Below, one piece after another: positions 52,311 through 63,175 of a stretch of DNA of 64,000 nucleotides. The stretch is taken from positions 15,141,542 to 15,205,541 of the forward strand of contig NC_081395.1 of NCBI RefSeq assembly GCF_030684315.1, given 5' to 3'. The number at the start of each line of letters is the position of its first letter. The stretch's first letter is position 1. Below the pieces are notes generated by a model. The model was not told the origin of the DNA and made no database searches. It saw nothing but the letters and a program-made list of their open reading frames with translations. This DNA comes from Stegostoma tigrinum. Taxonomy: Eukaryota. The position numbers and the translations under genes were made by a program.

Positions 52311-54042
52311 TTCATATCATTACCAAGAAGAGTAATAATTCCTACGTAGAGTAGAAGAGTAGAAACTGCTTCCTATAAATGTCTTGAGACATAATGCCTT
52401 CAGATTATCTCCCCATCTCTCCAAAATAGTAGGTGAAAAATGTTCACTAGTGTCAGTGCATGTTAGGAAATTCCGCACTCGAACATGGATGATCTTGTAT
52501 AGAACACACCTTGGAACTCAATTCTCCTACTTATGCTCATCACTATGGCAATCATAACAGAAGAAAACAGAACTGTACTCCTGTCTGGTGAATTTTGACT
52601 CCTGTTGCACCTGAAAGTATGCATTTCATTTTGCATACATTTTTATCCAAGCCTGACGGGGGGCAGTTACATTGTTGAAGCAGAGATGTATTTACTTCAC
52701 AACTACTCCAAGTTGATTGTCAATGCACAAGAAATAGCATGAAATGTCCTGGCATCATTGTCATGCCATTGTCGCTGAATAACAATGGGGTTTACCTGAC
52801 ACAATGTTATTCATCTCAAATGGAGTTAATGCTCTACATGAAAATTCTCCTGCTGTAGATTAAAATATTTCATGTCATTTCTTAGTTACTGGTCCAGAAT
52901 CCCCTTAAATACATAATTGAAGATCAGTATACTTCAGATGCTAGGAATATGAAATAAAAAATCAAAAGTTTTGGAAATAGCAGATTGGGCAGTATCTGCG
53001 AAAAGCAAAATTGAATTAATCTTTCTGGTCTGTGTCAGGTCTAATGAAAGGTTGCAAAACTGAAATGAGAACTGCATTACTGATTCTATTGATGTTATGT
53101 GAACTGCTGAATATTTGCACTATTTTGTTTTCATTTTCATTTTCTTTTACTGTTAGATACATCTTTTATTTATTCAGAGGATATTGGCTTGTTGGCTATG
53201 CCAGCACTCAGTACCCATCACTATTTGCTCCCAAAACGATTGTGAGCTGCCTTATCGAACAGTTGAAATCTATTTGGGCAGGACTATGCCCCAGTGACAT
53301 TGAAGGAATGGCAATATGTTTCCAAATCCAAAAGAAGTGTGACCAGGAGATGAAGTTGTTAGGTAGTGTTCCAACGTATTATCTTTTATATGGTCATGTC
53401 TACAAATTTAGAAAATGCAGATGAAAAGGTCTTGGTGAATTTGTTCAGTGAATCTTAGTTGGCACATATTGTTCCTAAGGTGAATCAGTGGTAGAGTGAG
53501 CGATTGTAGATATGGTGCCCATCAAGCTGGCTGGTTTCTTGTCCTAGGTGTTTTCAAACTTCTTGATTCAGCTATGACAAGTTACAGACTCTGCTCACAA
53601 TTTGAATAATTTAGCTGATTCTGAATTTCCTACTGGTATCTTAGTGATCATACTGTACACAGGGCCTCCTGTTTTGATTGAATACATCTATGTCTTTCTT
53701 AATTTTGAAGATCATCCTCAGCATTTCCTTTTGCATAGAAAAGGGAGGGGAGTTATTTGTTTGCTTACAATGTTAATTCTCATAGCATTCATATAAAATT
53801 TGCAACTTTTCTACTGCTCTGGTATTGTTCTTCAAATTTGGAGGTGTATACCCTCTGCTAAGCGTGACATAGAGACAAGAAATGCATGTCCAGCAAAAAG
53901 TATAACATGAAGCCCTGAAATATACATAATCCTAGACTTGATTAGCCAGTGCTTTCGAACAAATGGAATACATATTGTTTACTTATCAATATTTGTCCCT
54001 CCCCTCAATTTCTTCCCCAATTCCTGTTCCAACAACACAAAC

Positions 54043-54336
54043 CTGTCATTCTGATTATCTTAGCCAATCCATTGTATTGAACCTGGCAGCAAATGTTGTT
54101 GCTTCGCACTTCAGACATGGTTAATGTGCTGCTCTTGGTGTAAGTACTCTGCTTGTTTCTCACTGAGGCATAAGTGTTCACTCCAATGGTGATCAGTTTT
54201 CCATCTTTTTTCCAAGTAATGCCAGTGATTTTGGGGCTATAATCCATTGCCAAACAGCCATAGGTCACTGTGTCATCCACGTGAGTAGTTTCACAAGAGG
54301 AGAACAGGGCATAAAGCGTAGGAGGAGAGGCTAGCA
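54043..54336 (-). pseudogene. IGHM: IgM Cmu1 exon (open frame)
   Basis: acag|TG acceptor, G|GTTTGT donor, 294 nt. [40 protein letters not shown] matches the shark Cmu1 pattern. Confidence 0.92.
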
Positions 54337-54766
54337 CTGTGAATAAACAACCGATTAAACAAGTTACCACCAGAGATTTTTGTTGCCAATGTAATAGTTG
54401 TCCCATTTTGTCAAAGGTACAATTTAATATCAATGTTACAATGAAAGTCTCCTATTAAGAGTTTGTATAACCGATGGCAATGTATTCATGAAACTCCAAC
54501 AAGTACAAGATTAATAGGGTGTAGGAGAAGCTGGAATTCGGGGGGCCAGACAAGTGCACTTGGGCATTGGCTTAAATTCCACCATAGCAGTTCATAGAAT
54601 TTACACTCAATTCATCAATTTAGAATATTGATCTATTCTTGGTAATGGCAATGCTGAAAACTATACCTTTGTTAGAAATCTTACTAAGCCCAGAGTTAGA
54701 GATCAGCTGCTTGTGATTCATGCACAAACCTCAGGATGTGGAGAACAGATCTGTGATACATCAAAT

Positions 54767-55093
54767 GGGGCGGCACGGTGGCTCAGTGGTTAGCACTGCA
54801 GCCTCACAGTGCCAGGGGACCCGGTTTCGATTCCTGCCTCTGGCGACTGTCTGTGTGGAGTTTGCAGATTCTCCCCGTGTCTGTGTGGGTTTCCTCTGGG
54901 TGCTCCGATTTCCTCCCACAGTCCGAAGATGTGCAGGCTAGGTGGATTGGCCATGCTAAATTGCTCGTAGTGTTCAGGGGTGTGTGGGTTATAGGGGGAT
55001 GGGTCTGGGTAGGATGCTTCAAGGGGCGGTCTGGACTTGTTGGGCTGAAGGGCCTGTTTCCACATTGTAGGGAATCTAATCTAATCTAATCTA
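54767..55093 (+). mobile_element. HE1-type SINE in the J-Cmu1 intron
   Basis: gggcggcacggtggctcagtggttagc head and (ctaat)n tail. Confidence 0.92.
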
Positions 55094-55509
55094 ACATGAG
55101 CTGGAAAGAAAATCTTTGCGATTCACAACTGTTGCAATCCAAACAATTAAAGCCATCTTGCATGTTGCAAATGAGTTCACTAAGCAAAAATTGATATTTT
55201 ATTCGAGCAGAATCTTTGCACCACAAAAGCACCTTCCCTTCTGCTGGCAATTTCAAATGAGCACCTACTACTGGCAATGTCAGCAGACTGCATGGGAGAA
55301 TATATTTTCAGAAGCCTTTCACAAAAGACTTAAAATTACTATGCAATAATACGTTTTGCCTCCTTAAAAATACAGAATGTTTGCAATCAACAAATGGGCA
55401 CAAAAATTTCCATCGTGAATCAGAACAGAATAAAGGTGTGTGGGATGCAAGTGCCCAGCAAATGGATACAAATTCTGCCTGTGTAGAGCTGGTCAGTTCA
55501 CAAAGTGTG

Positions 55510-58500
55510 GAAGTGTAGAACAGAACACCACTAGAACAAGCCATGTGCCAACCATAATGTCAATCTAAACTAATCCTATCTGCCTGCACATTGTCTGTAT
55601 TTCTCCATTCCCTACTTTTTCATGTTGATGGGATAGTGTAGGGGGATGGGCTTAGATTAGGTCACAGGCTGGCGCAACATCGAGGGCCGAAGGGCCTGTC
55701 CTGTGCTGTATTGTTCTATGTTCTATGTTCTATGAGTCTTGTCAGACTCATGAAAATATGGCTATCGTAGCTGATTCTACCACTTCCCTGGCAGAGTATT
55801 CCAAGCACCTAACACTCTCTGGGAAAAATAACACATGTTCTTCAAACTTTCCTCCCTCCCTCACCACACCTACCAATATCTGACATTTCCACCTGGGAAA
55901 AATGTTCGGACTATCCATCCAGTGATGCTTCTCGTAATCTTATATGCTTTCATCAGGTCATCCTCTCAGCTTCTGATGCTCTAATGAATTTCATTCAAGT
56001 TTCTCCAAACTATACTCATAATTAATACACTCCATTCTAGGCAATATCCTAGTAAACATCTTGCACACCCTCTCCAAAAGCCCCACATCTTTTCTATAGT
56101 GTGGCGAACAGAACCATGCACAACAATCAAAGTGCGTAAAGTTTCGTACAGCTAAAGTTTTGTACAGCTGCAACATGACTTACCAACTTTTATACTCAAT
56201 GCCCCAACCGATTAAAGCAGGCACACGATATGCTTCTCTACCACTTTATACACTGATGTGATCACTTTCATGGAACTATGGACTTGCATTCCAAATTCCC
56301 TGCATATCAATATTTCCAATAGTCCTGCCATTTACACAATACTTCTCTCCTGTATTTGACCTCCCAAAGTGCATCATCTCATACTTGTCTTGATTAAAAT
56401 CCAGCTGCTACTTCTCCAGCCAAATTCCCAACTGATCTATATCCTGCTGTACCTTGTAACAATGTTTCTCACTATCCATAACTCCAGCAAATTTTGTGTC
56501 ATCTGCAATATTACTAATCAGACCACCTACATTTCATCCAAATCATTTATATACACACATATAACAAACAATAGAGGTCCCTGCACTTGATCCTTTGAAA
56601 AATCACCAGTTACAGACATCCAGTCAGAAAAATTCCATTCCACAGCCACATCCTGTCTTCTATAACTAAGGCAATTGTGTATCCAACTTACCAACTCACT
56701 GTGGATTACATGTGACCCAATCTTCTGGACAGCCTTTGATAAGGGTCCTGGTTAACAGCTCTTGTAACATCCATGTAGACAATATTCACTGCCCTGGCCT
56801 CATCAGTCATCTTTGTCGCTTTCATTAGAAACTCAACCAAATTTGAGCAACAAGATCTCCTCCGCACAAAACCATGCTAACAATTCCTAGTAAGTTCATT
56901 CTTTACCGAATGCAAGTAAGTAATTTTCCACAAAAGACTTCTCTAATAATTTCCCCACTATTGATGCAAGACTCAATGGTCTATCATTTCCTGGGTTATC
57001 GCTGTTCCCTTTCTTAAACACAGGAACAAAATTCACTATTCTCCAGTCCTCTGCAACCTTGCCTGCCCTTTGAGAGGAAATGAAGAACTCTGTCAAGACC
57101 CCAGCAATATCCATCCTTGCCTCCTTCAGTATCCTTGGATATATGCCACCAGTCTCTGAAGACTTACCTACTTAATGCTTTCAAGAGCCACAACAACACC
57201 TCCTTTGTCATATCAACATGCCCAAGAATATCAATATACCCCAACCTCATCTTATGTATCCTTCTCTTTGATTAATACAGATGTGAAGTGTTCATTAAGG
57301 ACCTCACCACCTCCTCTAGCTTCACACATAAATTTCATCTGTTGTCCATGAGTGGACCTACTATTTTACTAGCTACGTCTTACTGCAAATACATGCTTTG
57401 GATTCTCCTTAATCTGACTTACTAAGGACATTTAATGGCTGCTTATTTTTCTTTCCTGCTTCCTCTCTATTCCACAAGGACTCCGTCTGACTTCAGTTTC
57501 CCAAATCTCACGCATTCTTCCTTTTTCTCCTTCACTCTTGAAACAGGATTTCCAAATCTTGCCATCCTTTTTCCTTAATCCTCAAAGGAACACGTAGCTT
57601 TTGAAGTCTGATCAATGGCCCTCAAACAACTGCACCAGTCTAATTTCTCCAGTTCCTGCCTAATGTTGATGCAATTAGCTTTCCTCCAATTTGGAACTTC
57701 CATATGAGGTCTGGTCTGAACTTTATCATGACTGACTTAAAACTTACAGATTTACATTCAAAGAACAAAGAACAGTACAACACAGGAACAGGCCCTTCAG
57801 GCAACCATGACTGCGCCAATACATGATGTCTTTCTAAATTAAAAAACATTTCCTTTTACGTGGTCCATATCGCTCTATTCCCTAACTTTTTCATATATTT
57901 GTCAACATGCTTCTTTAATGTTGCGATTGTAACCGCCTCTATTGTCTCCTTTGGCGGCGCATTCCAGCCACTTACCACAATCTGTGTAATATTACATCTC
58001 CTTTACACTTACTATTTTACCATAAACCTATCATCTAGTAGGAAAAAAGACTGTGCCTATCCATTCCATCTGGGGATATCTCAAAATTTTATTTTTAGCA
58101 GGTTTCCCCTCATCATTTGACGTTCAAGTGGAAACTAATCAAGATTTCCCATCTTTCCTCGTAGCTCCATCTCTTAGTCTCCTCAACCTTTCCTCAATCA
58201 CCCAAAGTAGCAGAGGAGTAGCAGGGCTGCATATGGGCTCCTGTGCTTTTCTCCTTTTACTCTTTATTTTTCTTTTTTCTCTTTTTCCTTCCTTTCTTTC
58301 TCTTTTATCCCCTTTTAAGCCTTTTGTGGCAGAGTCGTAGACATCAGCACAGCAACGACAGCAAGTCGTGCATGCAGCATGAGCAACCTCCCAATGGCAG
58401 GAGTCAGCGGCAATAAAGTTGCAACGCCCCTGGTGACCGATGTGAGACTCGCAAGCTGGCTGAACGTCCATTCACCTTTTTTGAGATGGGATATTAGGAA

Positions 58501-60640
58501 CTGGGTGCTTTTTCTTTGCTTTCAGTTCAGTTTCTTTTATTTCACCTGTTGTTTTCTTTAAATTTTGCTTTTGAAACCAAGTTGGGTCACAGAATTGTGA
58601 CGTTGTACACTTTTGACTGTACTCATATTCCTATATTTGGGTACATGTGACAATAAAATCCGATTCTAGTTAAACCCTTCAAACCAGATAACATCGTGGT
58701 AAACTGTGCTTTACCCTCTCCAAAACCTCTAAATCCTTCTTGCAGTGTGGTGAACAGGACTGTGGGTAATATTTCAAATGTGGCCTGACTAAAATTCAAT
58801 ACAGCTGCAACATTACTAGTCAATTTTTATACTCTTTGGCCCACGGCAAGCATTCTAGATGATTTATTGACCACTTTATCCACTTGTGTTGGCACTTTCA
58901 GGGAGTTGTGGATTTGAAATGAACGTCTAGATCATTCTGCAAGCTGATGCTACTAACAGGTCTGACGTTTACTGTCTACTGCCGTTCCGATATTAGATTT
59001 TCCAAAATGCATCATCTCACATTTGTTCAGATTAAATTCCATCTGTTTGTTCTCCAACTGAGTCTCCCATGTATCTATATACTTCTGTATCCTCTGACAA
59101 TTATCCTCACTATCCGCAGCCACCCCAATATTTGTGTCACCTGCAAACACATTAACCAGGCCACCGATATTTTCCTCTAAATCATTTATGTATATTACAA
59201 ACAGGAGCACCAGTGGAAAAGCAACGGGCACAGATCTCCAGTCAGAAAAAAGCCTCTTCCATTGCTGGTCTCCATCTTCTGTAACAAAGTCAGTATTGTA
59301 ACCATCTTGTCAGATGATCCCACTTGAATTCATCTTTTGCATCTGCCTGCCTTAAGGCACCTTGTTAATGGCTGTTCACAGTTCGCAAAATACTCTGCCA
59401 CTGAAACTTCGACCAACTAGCCAGGCTCATTCTCAATACGTCGTCTGGTACCACCCCCTCCCCACTGAGATGATCTGTATGTTGCTTCAAGAAACCTTCC
59501 TGGATGTACCTAACAAATTCTGCTCTATCTAAAGGAGTCTCAGTTGATATTTGGGAAGATAAACTAACCCATTACAACAATGCCATTGATTTTATGTCTG
59601 TCCATAACCTGCTTGTATATCTGTTTCTCTGTCTCCCACTGACTGTCGGGAGGCCTGTAGTACGACTGCATCATTCTAACTGTTCCTTTCTTACTCCTCA
59701 GTTCAATCATATGGCCTCACTGGATGAGCCTTCCAAGATGTTCTCTCTTATTCCAACTGTGATATTATTTTTAATCAGTAATGCAACCCTTTTCTCCCTT
59801 TTGCGCACTTCTCTATCTCGCCTGGTACATCTAAACCATGGAATGTCAAGATGCTAGTTCTATTCTTCAAGTTCTATTTAATCAAGTTTCTGCAATGTCT
59901 ACAAAATTGCAGTTCCATGCACTAATCTAATCTCGAAGCTCATTTGCCTTATATATTACAGAACTTGCAGTAAAATAAATACACTTCAGATCACCAGTGT
60001 GTTCATTAACCGGGCCCTGCCTGTTCTTCCTGTTAACTTACTTGAAACGTCAATCTTTTCGCACACATGTGGCCTACTGCTGTCTTTCCCAAACCCTGCC
60101 CTATCAGTTCAAACACTCCTGCGAGCACTAGCAAACTTCCCCACAAGTATATTTGGGCCTCTTCAGTTTAGGTTTTATCTTTTTGTACAGGTCCCACATG
60201 CCCCAGAAGCGATTCCAATATTGTTCCTATTAAACTTTGCTGAACATCACCCTTCTCTTCAATCGCTCGCTGACTTCCTGCTCTGGTTCCCACTCCTTCC
60301 TGGGTGGCACTAGCAATTCTCCCTGAAGGATCTAGGAGGATTCTCCAATTTAGCTGCAACTGATCCTTCATATGCAGGTCCCTCCTGCCCTTGAGAAGAT
60401 CCTAATGATCCAGATACAAAGCCCTCCCTCCTACACCAGCTCTTTCGTCACATATTCAACTGTGTTACCGTTTTATTTCCAGCCCCACCAGCACGTGGCA
60501 CAGCCATTAGTACTGAAATTACAACCACAGAGGTCCTGCTTTTCAACCTCAACCTAACTCGCTAATTACCTTTGCAGGACTTCATCGCACTCTCTGTCAA
60601 TGCCGTTACCACCAATATGGACCACGACATCTGGCTGTTC
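55510..60640 (-). mobile_element. Stack of degraded CR1 LINEs filling the J-Cmu1 intron (nested plus-strand CR1 tail 55628-55735; Rex1/L2-like tailed insert about 58200-58665)
   Basis: EDWRIVNFVPVFKKG..RPLSLAS and LFVIYINDLEE..FAGDT fragments; multiple 3' tails. Confidence 0.75.
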
Positions 60641-61252
60641 GCCTATCCTTTTCAGGATATCCTCACTCCAGGATGTTGCCATCAAAAATATGTCCAGCCT
60701 ATCAGATAAATGAGTAATTTTGAAAATGAATTTCAGTGTATGATGCTAGGTATGAATGCGACATGTCCCAGAGATTGGAGCAACATATTAAACAGCATAT
60801 CCCTTAGTCTATTCACAGAAAGCACACTATTGACCCGGCCAAACCAGCCGATGTTAGCAAAATACACACAGTGTCTAAAGTTAGATGAATCCTGCGATCC
60901 CAGAACTGTGCACAATATTCGAGCTGTAGCTGAATAATGAATGCATACAAAATTACGCTGATAACCGAATCAGGATTGCCAGTAGGACTCGCAATGGGAT
61001 GCATGTGCTGTAAATTATATGTATTGATATGTAGGGCTCAGGTCTTTCAGGCAGAAAGAACAATTGATATTAAATCTCAGTTGTGCATTCTACAACTCCC
61101 TGGCAGAAGAATTATTTGTAATATTGCAAAGAATCTCAACCAAATCCAACAAACTCACAATTCATGAAAAGACGAATAATTAAAATTTAAAACAAGGATA
61201 AAATTTTAAAAAACCCACCACCATCGGCACTGCGGTAGGGCATATTTCTAAC

Positions 61253-61616
61253 CTTCATTCACTGTCACCATGGTTCCTGGTCCCCAGCAGCCGCTGGCGC
61301 ACTCCCAAGAGTTTGTGTCTTGCACAGTAGTAGATGGCGGAGTCTTCCGTCCTGAGATTTTCCATCTCCAAGAAAAAAATGATTGAAATATCTTTGGATG
61401 CAGTAAATTGATTCTGAGCCTGCGGAGCGTACGAGTTCAAAATTGTACTATAGTAGGAAACCAAAATCTCCAGTGTCTGCCCAGGCATCTGTCGGAACCA
61501 GTTCATGTACGTGTTGTCCAGGTCAAAACCACTTGTTTCACACCGAAGAGTCAGGGAGCCGCCAACATTCGCGGTCTCCGCCGCTGGCTGAATCAGCACG
61601 AATTCTGACTGAGCAG
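61253..61616 (-). pseudogene. IGHV: Germline-joined IgM VH-D-JH exon, junction out of frame (+1)
   Basis: Acceptor ttttccag|CT. Reads [54 protein letters not shown], then 37 nt from Cys to J-Trp, then [11 protein letters not shown] in a shifted frame and donor G|GTTAGA at 61252. No RSS between V and J. Exon length 364 nt is not a multiple of 3. Confidence 0.93.
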
Positions 61617-61753
61617 CTGGAAAATAAAGTTTTCAAGAAAACGGAAGGTTAATCTAGCTGAAACGAATCCTGACTCTGTAACATTCTGGAGCCAACCATT
61701 ACTTAATTAGCACTGCGTTAACAGTGAGAACCTGGAAAATAAAAATTACTTAC

Positions 61754-61799
61754 GGGATAAGAAAGTCAGTAGCAGACCGATTAAAACGGTTGGCCTCAT
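61754..61799 (-). pseudogene. IGHV: IgM heavy chain leader exon (MRPTVLIGLLLTFLS+C)
   Basis: ATG at 61799, hydrophobic signal peptide, phase-1 donor C|GTAAGT at 61753. An in-frame upstream ATG is at 61811. Confidence 0.92.
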
Positions 61800-61890
61800 C
61801 CTTCTTATCATTTGGAGGGAAAGTGTTCTTCCAACAATTAACTGAACAAAGAGCTCCTAGGCTGTTGTAATGTAGTTCCGATGAGTGATG

Positions 61891-61953
61891 TTTAAATAGT
61901 CGGCAGGAAGGGGCGAGTTTGTAAGAGCCGCCTATAATTCCCTGATGCAGGTG
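61891..61953 (-). promoter_or_regulatory. Candidate VH promoter elements (TATTTAAA, E-box CACCTG)
   Basis: TATA-like TATTTAAA about 90 nt upstream of the leader ATG and an E-box about 55 nt further up. No canonical octamer seen nearby. Confidence 0.35.
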
Positions 61954-62229
61954 GTAGTTACATTTAAATTTCACATTCCATTTCACCTAATTGCAATTAT
62001 TTAAAGTAGAACTTTGTTGCTATCTAGAAATACACATTTGGCACAGTATAAATGCAACATATAACTATTTAGCAAAGGACAGTTGTCATTGTCTTCATAA
62101 ATAATAATTGCATTGTAGACGGCCATTTAAATTCCTTTATTTCTTCAAAACGTGAATTTACAATGTTTAAAATCACTGCAATAACTTATCACTCCTTATC
62201 TCACCATCTTTGCCTTCCAAGCTTTCCAG

Positions 62230-62740
62230 TTAGGAGGTTATGCTGGAATGGTACCAAACATTGGTTAAGCCACAGCTAGAGTATTGTGCACAGATCTGAA
62301 ATCCACTTTCTCGGATGGGCATGACTGCATGGCAGAGGTATACCAGGATGTTAGTGAGCTGGAAATATTTAGTTATGAAGGGAGATTGATTAACTGGCGT
62401 TGTTTTCCTTGAAGAAAAGGAGAGTGAGGCATGACATGATTTAGATGCATAAAATTATGAGTGGCATAGATAGGCTAGACAGGAAAGAAATTTTCCTCTT
62501 TGCGGAATGATAAATTACCAGGGGCATAGATTTAAGGCAACGGGAAGGAGATTGCATGTAAGTTTGGCAGAAGCATAATCCTTCATGCATGTAAGAAGAA
62601 TTTAGATATACACTTGAAATGCGAGCCATACAGGGCTACAGACCAACTGCTGGAACGTATGATTAGAATAGTGTTTGCATTTGACTGGTGCAGACTCAAT
62701 GGGCTAAAGGGTCTTTTCTGTGCTGTTGACCTCTATGACA
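62230..62740 (+). mobile_element. Degraded CR1 3' end
   Basis: gccacagctagagtattgtgcacag..gggctaaagggtcttttctgtgctg tail. Confidence 0.7.
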
Positions 62741-63048
62741 ATACATGTAAATAAGCTCACCCCTATTTTGGAATTAGAAAAAACTGACAGAACTAAATTA
62801 AACAAAACAGGTTCAATTCACCCTGTTAATGGATGTTACTGCACAATTCATTGAGTTTTGAGTAAGGCCTGCAGATGATTAGAAACATTTCACGTCATAG
62901 AACACCCTTTCACTCTTTCTCTGAATCTCCTTGCATTTCCCTACCTGTTCCAGCAAGTACAATACTGACCTTTGACCATTAACTGTAAAAGTCGTCTTTT
63001 CTTATAATTAGGGACGAGTTGACAAAAAAAGGCAAACCTCATGTCCAG

Positions 63049-63175
63049 AGATAATGGGAACTACAGATGCTGGAGAATCCAAGATAACACAGTGTGGAGC
63101 TGCATGAACACTGCAGGCCAAGCAGCATCTCAGGAGCACAAAAGCTGATGTCTCGGGCCAAGACCCTTAGAGAGA
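63049..63175 (-). mobile_element. Mini Penelope derivative
   Basis: TSD catgtccag at 63040-63048 and 63176-63184. Confidence 0.85.

Noticed and set aside
54335-54341. Perfect heptamer CACAGTG at the Cmu1 acceptor (also at 41228 and inside the repeat near 63088)
   Set aside because: No nonamer; these coincide with a splice acceptor or repeat sequence.
61286-61317. CACAAAC directly after the CAR codons as a remnant RSS heptamer
   Set aside because: No nonamer at 12 or 23 bp spacing, and JH coding sequence follows within about 30 nt, so it reads as junction sequence.
61253-61616. IgNAR, IgW or TCR-delta assignment for the V exon
   Set aside because: The V has full FR2/CDR2 with IgM-type motifs, and the downstream C and TM exons match shark mu.
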